A stretch of 64,000 nt of DNA from Candidatus Binatia bacterium. GTDB lineage: Bacteria > Desulfobacterota > Binatia > Bin18. The DNA lies in NCBI GenBank assembly GCA_963664395.2, contig OY761159.2, forward strand, positions 768,001-832,000, read 5' to 3'. The notes under the pieces are model-generated. The model ran no database searches and was not told the origin of the DNA. It was given only the letters and a program-made list of their open reading frames with translations. How positions within the stretch are numbered: position 1 is the first letter of the stretch; each line of letters begins with the position of its first letter. Shown here one piece after another: positions 37,757 through 48,211 of this stretch. Position numbers and translations under genes: made by a program.

Positions 37757-38959
37757 TCACTCCGCCGCACTCGCAGCGGCCAGACTCGACAGGGCCACCC
37801 GCCGGCGGGCTTCACGGATGTCGTGCCGGTCGAACCCGTTGGTCAGAAAGCCGAGCGAGATACCCGTGGCCGGATCGGCCCAGCCGCTCTGGCCGCCAAA
37901 GCCCGGATGGCCGAACGACTCCGCGGAATTGGTGCGCCCGAAGCCGCGCATATTGGCCTTGCCGTCTCCGCCGGCAACAGCAATCCCCAAGGCCCGATTG
38001 GCCCGGTGGCCGAGAAAGGGATCGCGCAGCTCTCCGGTGCGAATACGCCGCGCCTCTTGCAGCATGTCGGGCTGCCAGACCGGCGTCCCGTCGTGGGCGC
38101 GGCCGTCGTTCAGCAGGGCTTGATAGAACAACGCGATATCACCAGCCGTGGTAATGCAGCCGGCCGACGGCGAGCCGGCTTCTCGGGTGACCGTTTCGTT
38201 CAGCTCCAAGACTCCGTCTTCATTGATGGCGTTGGTCGTGGCGTTAAAGCCTTTGACCCCCATTTTTTCGTACTCTGCGGCGGTCGGGGCGGCGCCCACC
38301 CACTCCACATCGGCGACATCGGCGTTCCCGGCAGGCGGCAGCCCGAAGCGCAAATCGGGCAGCCCCAGCGGCTCGGCAATCCGCGTCCGCACAAAATCGC
38401 TCAGGCGCTGACCGCTGAGGTGTTCGACAATAGCGGCGACCGGCCAGAAATTCGCCGACACATGATAGACAAACTTCTCGCCTGGCGTATGGTCTGGCTT
38501 CCACTGGGCAAAGCGGTTTAAGCGCTTGTCGTGATCGGCCCATTCTTTTTGCCAGTGCGGGGCATAGGGGATAGCCGACGTGTGAATGAGCAACTGCTCA
38601 ACCGTCACCACGTCTTTGCCGTTCGTCCCAAACTCGGGGATATACTCGACCACACGATCTTCGGGGCGGAGTTGGCCCTCTTGCATCAGAATCCAGGCCG
38701 CGGCTGAGGTGAACGCCTTGGTCGAAGACATAATGACAAACCGGGTGTCATCCGTCGCCGGTTTTTCCGTCCCGCCCTGGACCGCCTTGCCAAAGGTCTG
38801 CATGGCACCGATTTTTCCATTGCGTGCAATCGCAATCTGGCTGGCCGGCAGCAGGCCGGATTTGACCTCTCGCTCGGCCCGCTCAAACAGGGCCTGGACT
38901 TTTTCCGGGTCGAGACCGACCTCTTCAAGATTCTGGGCAAAAAAATGTGCGGCTGGCAT
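37757..38959 (-). CDS. serine hydrolase, beta-lactamase/esterase family
   Basis: SSTK (SxxK), LLIHTS, PGEKFVYH, FGHPGFGG, WADP. Confidence 0.88.
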   Translation of the reverse strand: MPAAHFFAQNLEEVGLDPEKVQALFERAEREVKSGLLPASQIAIARNGKIGAMQTFGKAVQGGTEKPATDDTRFVIMSSTKAFTSAAAWILMQEGQLRPEDRVVEYIPEFGTNGKDVVTVEQLLIHTSAIPYAPHWQKEWADHDKRLNRFAQWKPDHTPGEKFVYHVSANFWPVAAIVEHLSGQRLSDFVRTRIAEPLGLPDLRFGLPPAGNADVADVEWVGAAPTAAEYEKMGVKGFNATTNAINEDGVLELNETVTREAGSPSAGCITTAGDIALFYQALLNDGRAHDGTPVWQPDMLQEARRIRTGELRDPFLGHRANRALGIAVAGGDGKANMRGFGRTNSAESFGHPGFGGQSGWADPATGISLGFLTNGFDRHDIREARRRVALSSLAAASAAE

Positions 38960-39117
38960 ACGGCTTCCCCTCCTGATTCTCGATTTGCGGCTCCCTCTCT
39001 TGAATTCCCCTCCACTCCTTGCCACTTTATGGGGTTCGGATCAAGGTAAATGAAAGTGTATCCACCCTCGGTCCGATTCTCGCCCGCCAACGGGCGAGGA
39101 AGAAAATAAGGAAACCC

Positions 39118-40062
39118 ATGCCCTCGGGACTCATTCTGCATCATTACGATTTCTCCAATTACTCTGAAAAAGTCCGGCTCGTCCTGGGTCTCAAGGGCCT
39201 GACTTGGCGCTCGGTCGAGATTCCCCCTACCCTGCCCAAGCCCGACTATATCCCCCTCACAGGCGGATACCGCCGTGCGCCGGCCCTCCAGATTGGCGCC
39301 GACGTTTTTTGTGATACCGCGCGGATTATCGAAGAACTTGAACGTCGTTTTCCAGAACCCACTATTTATCCAGGACCGGATTCGGTCGCCCAACGGGCAT
39401 TCACTGCCGGCCTGGAGCGCTGGACGGACGCGACCCTGACACGCAATACGATCAATTACATTTCCTGCGAGCATTCCGACGCCGATCGTTTCACACCGGA
39501 ATTTCTGGCCGACCGCGCCGCTTTACTCGGCAAACCCGAACCGGGGCTCGCCCACCGGAAGGCCGCGGCAATCAAAAACCTCACCCAGTTGCGTCCGCAG
39601 TTGAGCTGGATCAGCGACATCCTGCACGACGGACGGACGTATATCTATGGCGAAGCACCATCCCTGGCCGACTGCGTGATCTACCATCCGCTGTGGGTCA
39701 TGGATCAGCTTGCCGGCGAGCGCGCGGCCGTTATTCCAGCCGTCATCCGTCAATGGATGGAGCGCGTGGCCGCGCACGGCCATGGCAATCCGACCTCGAT
39801 GACCGCGCACCAAGCGCTCGATATCGCGGCTACCAGCGACCCGTTGCCGCCCCTCCCAAGTCAGACGCTGGACGGAGACCCGGCTCTTGGCGATACCGTC
39901 TCCATTACGCCCACTGACTATGGCCGGGCTAATCCCAGCGTCGGCACGCTCGTTTTCATCGACGCCCAGCGCCTGGCGCTTCAGCACCGAAACGAGCGCA
40001 CCGGACGCGTCACGGTGCATTTCCCCCGCTTTGGTTATAGCGTCCGTACTCTTGACGGTTAG
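39118..40062 (+). CDS. glutathione S-transferase family protein
   Basis: SNYSEKVRLVLG, LTGGYRRAPALQIGAD.FCDT, VHFPRFGY. Confidence 0.88.
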   Translation: MPSGLILHHYDFSNYSEKVRLVLGLKGLTWRSVEIPPTLPKPDYIPLTGGYRRAPALQIGADVFCDTARIIEELERRFPEPTIYPGPDSVAQRAFTAGLERWTDATLTRNTINYISCEHSDADRFTPEFLADRAALLGKPEPGLAHRKAAAIKNLTQLRPQLSWISDILHDGRTYIYGEAPSLADCVIYHPLWVMDQLAGERAAVIPAVIRQWMERVAAHGHGNPTSMTAHQALDIAATSDPLPPLPSQTLDGDPALGDTVSITPTDYGRANPSVGTLVFIDAQRLALQHRNERTGRVTVHFPRFGYSVRTLDG

Positions 40063-40086
40063 AAGACGCGTGGAGGCATCCGGATC

Positions 40087-43000
40087 ATGAATGCGCAGGC
40101 TACAACTCCGCACGACCACAAGTGGCAGATTTGGATCGACCGTGGCGGAACTTTTACCGATCTGGTGGCGCGTCGTCCTGACAGCAGCCTGGTAACGCAT
40201 AAATTGCTGTCGGCCAATCCTGAACGCTATCAGGATGCGGCGGTCCAGGGCATTCGCGATTTACTCGGAGTGGCTGGTGACGCGGCCATTCCGCCCGATA
40301 CGATTGCTCTGGTGAAGATGGGCACCACGGTCGCGACCAATGCCCTGCTGGAACGCACGGGCGACCGGACCGTGTTCGTGACCACCCAGGGGTTTGGGGA
40401 CGCCTTACGGATCGGCTATCAGAACCGCCCCGACCTGTTTGCCCGGCATATTGTCCTGCCGGAAATGCTGTACGAACGAGTGATCGAAGTCAGAGAGCGG
40501 ATTGACGCCCAGGGCGCGCTCGTCACCCCCCTGGATGAAGACGGCGCGCGGCGCAGCCTTCAGGCCGCCTATGCTGCCGGCATTCGCGCCGTGGCCATTG
40601 CCTTTGTGCATGGCTATCGGTACGCGGCGCATGAGGCCCGAGTCGCCGCCATTGCCACTGAGATCGGCTTTCAGCAAGTCTCGGTCTCACACGTGGTCAG
40701 CCCGTTGATGAAGCTGGTCTCACGCGGCGACACCACGGTGGTCGATGCCTATCTGTCACCGCTGCTGCGGCGCTATGTCGATCAGGTCGCGGGAGAACTG
40801 GAGGCGGAGCGCCAGTCCGGTCCCAGGCTGATGTTCATGCAGTCGAACGGCGGCCTGACCGATGCCCACCTGTTTCAGGGCAAGGACAGTATTTTATCCG
40901 GACCGGCCGGTGGGGTGATCGGCATGGTCCGGACCGCGTCGATGGCGGATTTTCGCAAAGTTATCGGCTTCGATATGGGCGGCACCTCGACCGATGTGTC
41001 GCACTATGACGGCGAATATGAGCGGACATTTGAGACCCTGGTCGCTGGCGTCCGCATGCGCGCCCCGATGATGCATATCCACACCGTCGCCGCGGGCGGA
41101 GGGTCTATCCTGCACTTTGATGGCGCCCGTTTTCGGGTTGGCCCGGACTCAGCCGGTGCAGACCCCGGGCCCGCGTGCTATCAGCGCGGCGGCCCACTCA
41201 CCGTGACCGACTGCAACGTCATGCTGGGCAAGCTGCAAGCGGCCTTCTTTCCCGCAGTGTTTGGCCCGAACGCGGATCAAGCTTTGGATGCGCAAATCGT
41301 TCGAGAACAGTTTGTGTCCTTGGCAGCAGAAATCGCCAGTGCCACGGACAATGCGGTCCAGTCGCCTGAGGCTGTAGCCGCCGGTTTTCTGCGCATCGCG
41401 GTGGAAAATATGGCGAATGCCATCAAGAAAATTTCCGTTCAGCGCGGCTACGATGTGACGGAATATACCCTGAACTGCTTTGGTGGGGCCGCCGGCCAGC
41501 ACGCCTGTCTGGTCGCAGACGCGCTGGGCATGAAGACCGTCTTTCTGCATCCCTTTGCCGGGGTGTTGTCGGCCTATGGGATGGGTCTGGCAGACGTGCG
41601 GGCGCTGCGCGAGCGGCAGATCGAACAGCCGCTCGCGGCCACCGCCATACCCGTATTGGAAACGGCCTGTGCGGAACTCGGCGACGAGGCCGGCGACGAG
41701 ATTCTGGCGCAAGGGATATCTGCCGATCGACTCAGCCTGCATAAACGAGTCCATCTGCGCTACCAGGGAACTGACACCGCCCTCCAGGTGGACTTGGCTG
41801 ACCTCGGCGGCATGCGGGCCGCGTTTGAGGCCACCCACAAGCAGCGCTTTGGCTTTATCGTCACAGCACGACAACTGGTCGCCGAGGCGGTCTCGGTCGA
41901 AGCGGTCGGCACAACGGAGCCTGTTGACGACGCCGAGCTGCCGGCGGCTGAGGGCCAGGCCGCGCAGCCGCTGCAGCAGGTCCGGGCGTATATGGACGAC
42001 GCCTGGCGGGACACGCCGGTATTCCGGCGCGCGCAGCTCCAACCGGGCCAGCGTATTCCCGGCCCGGCCATTATTTGTGAGCCCACGGCAACGACAGTGG
42101 TTGAACCGGAGTGGCAAGCCGAGCTGAACCGCTATGGCCATCTGCTCCTCACCCGTCTGAAACCGCCATCACACCGGGTGGCGATTGGCACTAAGCCTGC
42201 CCTGAGCACGGGCGAAGGGGCCGACCCGGTCATGCTGGAGGTGTTCAACAACCTCTTTATGTCGATCGCCGAGCAGATGGGCGCGACGCTGGCCAATACC
42301 GCCTACTCGGTGAATATCAAGGAACGGCTGGATTTCTCGTGCGCCATTTTCGCACCGGACGGGAGCCTGGTCGCCAATGCCCCCCACGTGCCTGTCCATC
42401 TTGGTTCCATGGGCGAGTCGATTAAAACCGTCATCAAGGCCAACCAGGGCACAATGCGGTCAGGCGATGTCTATGTCCTCAACGCGCCCTATAACGGCGG
42501 TACGCATTTGCCTGATGTCACGGTCATTACGCCCGTATTTGACACCGGTGCAGACCGAATTTTGTTTTATGTTGGCGCACGTGGGCATCATGCCGATATC
42601 GGCGGACGCACCCCCGGCTCAGCCCCACCGGATAGTACAACCATTCACCAAGAGGGCGTACTGATCGACAACTTCCTCTTCGTCCGCCAGGGCCGCCTGC
42701 GCGAACAGGAGATGCGGCAACTGCTGGGTTCCGGCAGGTATCCTTGCCGGAATGTTGACCAGAACATGGCCGACCTGCGCGCCCAGCTCGCGGCCAACGA
42801 AACCGGGGTGCAGGAACTCAGGAAAATGGTCAAGCACTTTGGCATCGAGGTCGTGCACGCCTATATGCAGCACGTCCAGGACAACGCCGAAGAGTCCGTG
42901 CGCCGCGTGCTCGACGTCCTGACCGATGGCGCGTTCACTTACCCCATGGACAACGGCTGTCAGATTCGGGTCAGTATTCGGGTGGACAAAGCGGCCCGCC

Positions 43001-43761
43001 GGGCAACTATAGATTTCAGCGGCACCTCTTCCCAACACAGTGGCAACTACAATGCACCCGCAGCCGTGTGTAAAGCCGCCGCCCTGTATGTTTTTCGGAC
43101 ATTAGTGGATGACGCCATTCCGCTGAATGAAGGCTGTCTGAAACCGCTCGATATCATCATTCCGCCGCGCTCCATCATCAGCCCGGAATACCCGGCCGCG
43201 GTGATCGCCGGCAATACGGAGGTCTCGCAAGGGGTCACGGACGCCCTGTATGGCGCGCTCGGGGTGCTCGCCTCGTCACAGGGCACGGTCAACAATTTTG
43301 TGTATGGCAACGAGCAGTACCAAAACTACGAAACCATCTGCGGCGGCACCGGGGCCGGCCCTGACCATCCGGGCTGCGACGCGGTCCACAGCCATATGAC
43401 CAACACGCGCATGACCGACCCCGAGGTATTGGAGTGGCGCTTTCCGGTCCGGGTTGAGAGTTTTGCCATCCGCCCCGGTTCAGGCGGCGCAGGTCGGCAG
43501 CCGGGCGGCGCGGGGATTACCCGGCGGCTGCGGTTTTTAGAATCCATGATCGTCACCACCTTATGCAGCCACCGCCTGACCGAACCGTATGGACTGGCCG
43601 GCGGGCAGGCCGGGGAGCGGGGTCGCGATACGGTCGAGCGTGCAGATGGAAGCATTGAAGAACTCGCCGGCAACGCGGAAACGCTGATGCAGCCGGACGA
43701 CGTATTTGTCATGCATACGCCGGGCGGGGGCGGTTTTGGGCCGCCGGATGAAGCCGAGTAG
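40087..43761 (+). CDS. oplA: ATP-dependent 5-oxoprolinase (fused hydantoinase A/B)
   Basis: IDRGGTFTD, SGPAGG, DMGGTSTDVS, NIKERLDFSCA, PVHLGSM, GGTHLPD, HMTNTR, TPGGGG. Confidence 0.9.
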   Translation: MNAQATTPHDHKWQIWIDRGGTFTDLVARRPDSSLVTHKLLSANPERYQDAAVQGIRDLLGVAGDAAIPPDTIALVKMGTTVATNALLERTGDRTVFVTTQGFGDALRIGYQNRPDLFARHIVLPEMLYERVIEVRERIDAQGALVTPLDEDGARRSLQAAYAAGIRAVAIAFVHGYRYAAHEARVAAIATEIGFQQVSVSHVVSPLMKLVSRGDTTVVDAYLSPLLRRYVDQVAGELEAERQSGPRLMFMQSNGGLTDAHLFQGKDSILSGPAGGVIGMVRTASMADFRKVIGFDMGGTSTDVSHYDGEYERTFETLVAGVRMRAPMMHIHTVAAGGGSILHFDGARFRVGPDSAGADPGPACYQRGGPLTVTDCNVMLGKLQAAFFPAVFGPNADQALDAQIVREQFVSLAAEIASATDNAVQSPEAVAAGFLRIAVENMANAIKKISVQRGYDVTEYTLNCFGGAAGQHACLVADALGMKTVFLHPFAGVLSAYGMGLADVRALRERQIEQPLAATAIPVLETACAELGDEAGDEILAQGISADRLSLHKRVHLRYQGTDTALQVDLADLGGMRAAFEATHKQRFGFIVTARQLVAEAVSVEAVGTTEPVDDAELPAAEGQAAQPLQQVRAYMDDAWRDTPVFRRAQLQPGQRIPGPAIICEPTATTVVEPEWQAELNRYGHLLLTRLKPPSHRVAIGTKPALSTGEGADPVMLEVFNNLFMSIAEQMGATLANTAYSVNIKERLDFSCAIFAPDGSLVANAPHVPVHLGSMGESIKTVIKANQGTMRSGDVYVLNAPYNGGTHLPDVTVITPVFDTGADRILFYVGARGHHADIGGRTPGSAPPDSTTIHQEGVLIDNFLFVRQGRLREQEMRQLLGSGRYPCRNVDQNMADLRAQLAANETGVQELRKMVKHFGIEVVHAYMQHVQDNAEESVRRVLDVLTDGAFTYPMDNGCQIRVSIRVDKAARRATIDFSGTSSQHSGNYNAPAAVCKAAALYVFRTLVDDAIPLNEGCLKPLDIIIPPRSIISPEYPAAVIAGNTEVSQGVTDALYGALGVLASSQGTVNNFVYGNEQYQNYETICGGTGAGPDHPGCDAVHSHMTNTRMTDPEVLEWRFPVRVESFAIRPGSGGAGRQPGGAGITRRLRFLESMIVTTLCSHRLTEPYGLAGGQAGERGRDTVERADGSIEELAGNAETLMQPDDVFVMHTPGGGGFGPPDEAE

Positions 43762-43814
43762 CTATTCCAAGGCCAGTGTGGTTGGCGTACGAGGCAGAGA
43801 CGCGGTACGGTGCG

Positions 43815-44246
43815 TCAGGACGGATTGTCTCCCTCTGGGACCTCGGCGACGGTGAGGGCAACTTCTTGTCCATGGGCGATTTCAAGGGTGTGCCCGTCCG
43901 GGTCGGCCAGAAAGGCCCAATAGCCGATCGGATAGCCTGAATCTGTCGGCCCCGAGCGCAAACAGCCGGCCTGCCGGGCGTGTTCACATAGAGCATCGAC
44001 TTCCTGGCGGGTAGCACAGCCCACCCCGAGATGGGCCAGGGGCAGCAAGGGAGCATCCACCCGAGGCGACTGGATGAGGACGATCACAAAGGGACGGGTG
44101 CGGTCACTCAGCCACACGACCTGTGTTCCATCCGGATCGGTCCGGCGGTGGACGACCTGCATATGGGCATATGTCGCATAGAAGGCAAGACTCTCCTCCA
44201 TGTTGGTGACTGGAAGTGCGATATGAGTCAGTCCGATATCAGACAT
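43815..44246 (-). CDS. VOC family protein
   Basis: LTHIALPV, HLGV, DPDGHTLE. Confidence 0.85.
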   Translation of the reverse strand: MSDIGLTHIALPVTNMEESLAFYATYAHMQVVHRRTDPDGTQVVWLSDRTRPFVIVLIQSPRVDAPLLPLAHLGVGCATRQEVDALCEHARQAGCLRSGPTDSGYPIGYWAFLADPDGHTLEIAHGQEVALTVAEVPEGDNPS

Positions 44247-44358
44247 AGTGATACTCCTTCTTGAGTCACCCTCCTGCATGAGAAAAGATTGTACGCCAGT
44301 TGGAGGAAGGGGAGCGAGCTGCTAATAATTCCGTACCATCAAGAGAGAGGAGATTTCT

Positions 44359-45543
44359 ATGAGAGAAGCTGTCATCGTATCGACTGCCCGGACGCCAATT
44401 GGGAAAGCCTATCGTGGCGCATTCAATGACACCACGACCCCGACCATGGCCGCGCCGGTGATTCAGGAAGCAATTCATCGTGCTCAGGTAGAGGTCGGTG
44501 AGATTGACGACCTGATTATGGGCGCCGCGCTCCAGGAAGGCACCCAGGGGTATAACGTAGCTCGGCAGTGCGGCATCGCTGCGGGGTTGCCGATGAGCGT
44601 CTCCGGCCAAACCATTGATCGTCAATGCTCTTCAGGGCTGATGAGCATTTCCATGGCGGCTAAACAGATTATTGCCGATGGCATGCAGACCGTTGTGGCC
44701 GGCGGCTTGGAGTCCATCAGCCTGGTCCAGAACGACCATCAGAACGAATACCGGAATGAAGATTCTGTGGCCCTGGAGAAGGCCCCGGACCTGTATATGG
44801 CCATGATAGACACCGCCGAGGTGGTCTCAAAGCGCTACAATATCTCCCGTGAAGCGCAGGATGAGTACGCACTCCAGAGTCAGCAGCGCACGGCCGACGC
44901 GCAGCAGGCCGGACGGTTCGACGACGAGATCATTCCGAGCACTGTTACCAAGCTGTTCACGGATAAAGAGACGGGCGAGACCACGCGCCAGGAAATGACC
45001 CTTGCGCGGGACGAATGCAACCGTCCGGGTACTAATGCGGCCGGTTTGGCCGCGCTGCGGCCGGTCATGGGAGAAGGCGGCTTCATTACTGCCGGTAATG
45101 CCAGCCAGTTGTCGGACGGCGTATCGGTCTGCGTCCTTATGGAACGCAAGCAGGCTGAACAACGTGGCCTCCAGCCCTTGGGCGTGTATCGTGGCATGGC
45201 CGTTGCCGGTTGCGAGCCGGACGAGATGGGCATTGGTCCGGTCTTTGCCGTGCCCAAGCTGCTCGAACGCAACGGCTTGACCATGGACGATATCGACCTG
45301 TGGGAACTGAACGAAGCCTTCGCCTGCCAAGTGCTCTATTGCCGTGACCAACTCGGCATTCCCAACGAACGGCTGAACGTGAACGGCGGGGCGATCTCGA
45401 TTGGCCATCCCTATGGCATGAGCGGCTCACGCATGGTCGGCCATGCGCTCATAGAGGGCAAACGGCGCGGCGTGAAGAACGTCGTCATCACCATGTGTGT
45501 CGGTGGCGGTATGGGTGCGGCAGGACTGTTTGAGGTCGCGTGA
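44359..45543 (+). CDS. acetyl-CoA C-acyltransferase (thiolase)
   Basis: [24 protein letters not shown]. Confidence 0.94.
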   Translation: MREAVIVSTARTPIGKAYRGAFNDTTTPTMAAPVIQEAIHRAQVEVGEIDDLIMGAALQEGTQGYNVARQCGIAAGLPMSVSGQTIDRQCSSGLMSISMAAKQIIADGMQTVVAGGLESISLVQNDHQNEYRNEDSVALEKAPDLYMAMIDTAEVVSKRYNISREAQDEYALQSQQRTADAQQAGRFDDEIIPSTVTKLFTDKETGETTRQEMTLARDECNRPGTNAAGLAALRPVMGEGGFITAGNASQLSDGVSVCVLMERKQAEQRGLQPLGVYRGMAVAGCEPDEMGIGPVFAVPKLLERNGLTMDDIDLWELNEAFACQVLYCRDQLGIPNERLNVNGGAISIGHPYGMSGSRMVGHALIEGKRRGVKNVVITMCVGGGMGAAGLFEVA

Positions 45544-45565
45544 GCCCCGATTCAGACTCTTCCTA

Positions 45566-45583
45566 TCCCCTCCTTGGAGGGGA
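45566..45583. repeat. REP-like hairpin
   Basis: ATCCCCTCCTTGGAGGGG(AT). Related copies at 23961-23977 and ~57230-57248. Confidence 0.55.
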
Positions 45584-45612
45584 TTTTACTCTACTCAGCC
45601 AAGGAGGAAGTT

Positions 45613-45939
45613 ATGGCACAAGAACCAGTCGCAACCATGCGCGAAAAAGCCCGGAAAGTGGCGCCCAAGCTGATTGACCTGACCGAGAAAGTCTTATTTG
45701 GCGACGTGTGGGAACGCTCGGGTTTATCCAAACGCGACCGCAGCCTCATCACCGTGGCGGCGCTCATGTCCACCTACCGTCCCGAGCAACTCCGTCCGCA
45801 TCTTCAGCGCGCCTTGGACAACGGCGTCACCCAGGAAGAAATCGGAGAACTCATTACACACTTGGCGTTTTACTCCGGCTGGCCAACCGCCATGACGGCC
45901 GCCGGCATTGCCAATGATGTTTTTGAGCAGCAGGAATAG
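45613..45939 (+). CDS. carboxymuconolactone decarboxylase family protein
   Basis: LFGDVWER.GLSKRDRSLIT, HLAFYSGWP. Confidence 0.9.
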   Translation: MAQEPVATMREKARKVAPKLIDLTEKVLFGDVWERSGLSKRDRSLITVAALMSTYRPEQLRPHLQRALDNGVTQEEIGELITHLAFYSGWPTAMTAAGIANDVFEQQE

Positions 45940-45946
45940 TCCGGCT

Positions 45947-46972
45947 TCATCGCGGTCGCGGCCAGATGCCTGGGACCGCGGTCGCAAGCCATTTCACTAA
46001 AGCGGCGTTGACTTCCGTCGGTTTTTCCTGGGCCATCCAGTGGCCGGAGCGGATCGTCTCTTCAGACAGCTTCCGGCAGTAGGTGCGCATGGGCTCGGCC
46101 AGGCGCGAGTGGACGCACTCACACACGAAGTCGTATTGGGCGGTCAGGAACAACACCGGCATATCGAGATAGCCGTCGTTATGGGCGGTCTCGACGTAGG
46201 CCGTATTGACCGGGTGATTCATATACCACGAAGAGGGACCGAAGAAGCCGTTGCGTTCGAGCGCAGAGGCATAGATGCGCAGGTCTTCTTCAGTGACCAC
46301 ATCGACATCACGCGGCAAATCGGGGATCTCGGCCATACCAAGCATACTATGATCGCGACGTGCGGTTGAGGTGATGGCCGGCTGGCCCTCGCCTTCGGGG
46401 TTGCCTTTCCGAAACAGTAGTTTGACGAATCGATAGGCCTGGGCATCCATCGGGGCGATGGCCTCGGGAAAACTCTCTTCGTAGTAGCGCATATAATCCC
46501 ACTGGCCGGCAGGATAGGTATCCTCAGGATAGAGGTCGCGGTCCACCAGGGCCAGCGTATGCTCAAGCCCGCGCTCAAGGGTGTAGTAGGGGACACACAG
46601 ATTTGCGACCGCATGACACCGGTCCGGATGATGACTGGCCATGTTCCACACCACCGGACTGCCCCAATCATGACCGACCCAGACGGCTTTCTCCCGCCCC
46701 AACGAGTCTAACAATTCCAGCATGTCACATATGATATGCTCTTGCGCATAATCGCTGTGTTGCGCATACACAGACGAACGGCCATAGCCGCGCATGTCCG
46801 GTGCTATGGCCCGAAAACCCAGCGCAGCCAAAGCCGGCAGTTGGTGGCGCCAGCTTATGGACAGCTCAGGCCAGCCGTGAGCGAAGATGACAAGCGGCCC
46901 CTCTTCGGGACCGGCGGCGAGATAAAAAGTCGTATGTCTGTCAGTTTTGACGGTATGTTCGGTAATGGTCAT
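45947..46972 (-). CDS. alpha/beta hydrolase, epoxide hydrolase-like
   Basis: HGWPE, PDMRGYG, GHDWG nucleophile motif, GHWMAQE. Confidence 0.9.
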   Translation of the reverse strand: MTITEHTVKTDRHTTFYLAAGPEEGPLVIFAHGWPELSISWRHQLPALAALGFRAIAPDMRGYGRSSVYAQHSDYAQEHIICDMLELLDSLGREKAVWVGHDWGSPVVWNMASHHPDRCHAVANLCVPYYTLERGLEHTLALVDRDLYPEDTYPAGQWDYMRYYEESFPEAIAPMDAQAYRFVKLLFRKGNPEGEGQPAITSTARRDHSMLGMAEIPDLPRDVDVVTEEDLRIYASALERNGFFGPSSWYMNHPVNTAYVETAHNDGYLDMPVLFLTAQYDFVCECVHSRLAEPMRTYCRKLSEETIRSGHWMAQEKPTEVNAALVKWLATAVPGIWPRPR

Positions 46973-47188
46973 ATATGCTCTCCTTTATGCTCTCCTTGAT
47001 ACTTCGATACTTCGCTGTGCATCCCACGGTTGAAAAGATAAACGAAGAATTGATAATGACCAAGCCTTCTACAGGCAGCAGTAAACGAGGAGCGAATCGT
47101 AGCGTATGATTCTACCCTTGAGATGAGTGGAGAGTAGATTCATCAGTATTCAATCACAGCACAAAACACGAGCCAGATTGGAGAAGAC

Positions 47189-48196
47189 ATGGAGTACGCA
47201 AAGCTTGGCAATACGGGGATGACTATTTCGCGCATCTGTATGGGATGTATGAGCTATGGGGATGGCAAATGGCGTGAGTGGACCATTGGGGAAGACGAGG
47301 CGCGTGAACACTTCGCTCTCGCCCTTGAATCGGGCATTACCTTTTTCGATACCGCGGATGTCTATTCGATTGGCGTGAGCGAAGAGATTACCGGCAAATG
47401 GCTGGGTGAGATGGCCTCGCGCGACGATATTGTCTTGGCGACCAAGGTCAACGGGCCCATGGGCGATGGCCCGAACCGACGGGGGCTGAGCCGTAAACAT
47501 ATCATCGAGGCCTGCGAGTATTCCCTGCGCCGACTCAAAATGGACTATATCGACCTGTATCAGATTCACCGCTGGGACTTTTCCACGCCGATTGAAGAAA
47601 CGCTGGAAGCGCTTGATAGCCTCGTCCGCACCGGCAAAGTACGCTACCTCGGAGCCAGCAGCATGGCCGCCTGGCAGTTCTCCAAGGCGCTCTACGCGGC
47701 CAAAGAGCATGGCTGGCATCGTTTTGTCTCGATGCAGAACCACTACAACCTGATCTACCGCGAAGAAGAACGCGAAATGAATCCGCTGTGTATCGACCAG
47801 GGCGTTGCGCTCATTCCGTGGAGCCCGCTCGCACGTGGCTATTTTGCCGGTAACCGCACAAAAGTAGAGGGAGAAGGCCCGACAAAGCGGGCGCAAACCG
47901 ACCTGATGACACGCCGGATGTACTTCAACGACAGCGACGAAGAAGTGGCCGCCGCCGTGCAAAAAGTCGCCCAAGAGCGGGGCGTGTCACCGACTCAGAT
48001 TGCCTGCGCCTGGGTGCTTCAGTCACCGGGGGTGGCAGCCCCTATCATCGGTGCAACCAAGGCGCATCACCTCAAGGAAATCTTTGAGACGGTTGATATC
48101 AAACTCAGCCCTGAGGAAGTGGCGGCCATGGAAGAGCCCTACCGGCCGCATCCGATTCTGGGCCATACGCAACCCGACCCCAAGCGGATGGGGTAG
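47189..48196 (+). CDS. aldo/keto reductase
   Basis: FDTADVY, LATK, DLYQIHR, QNHYNL, IPWSPLARG. Confidence 0.93.
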   Translation: MEYAKLGNTGMTISRICMGCMSYGDGKWREWTIGEDEAREHFALALESGITFFDTADVYSIGVSEEITGKWLGEMASRDDIVLATKVNGPMGDGPNRRGLSRKHIIEACEYSLRRLKMDYIDLYQIHRWDFSTPIEETLEALDSLVRTGKVRYLGASSMAAWQFSKALYAAKEHGWHRFVSMQNHYNLIYREEEREMNPLCIDQGVALIPWSPLARGYFAGNRTKVEGEGPTKRAQTDLMTRRMYFNDSDEEVAAAVQKVAQERGVSPTQIACAWVLQSPGVAAPIIGATKAHHLKEIFETVDIKLSPEEVAAMEEPYRPHPILGHTQPDPKRMG

Positions 48197-48211
48197 GAGC
48201 GATCAGTACGG

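Noticed and set aside
37757-38959. Antibiotic-resistance beta-lactamase
   Set aside because: No signal peptide, and the motif pattern fits cytoplasmic family VIII esterase-like serine hydrolases.
46974-47014. Short direct duplications TATGCTCTCCTT x2 and GATACTTC x2
   Set aside because: Most simply slippage duplications around an RBS, with no evidence of function.
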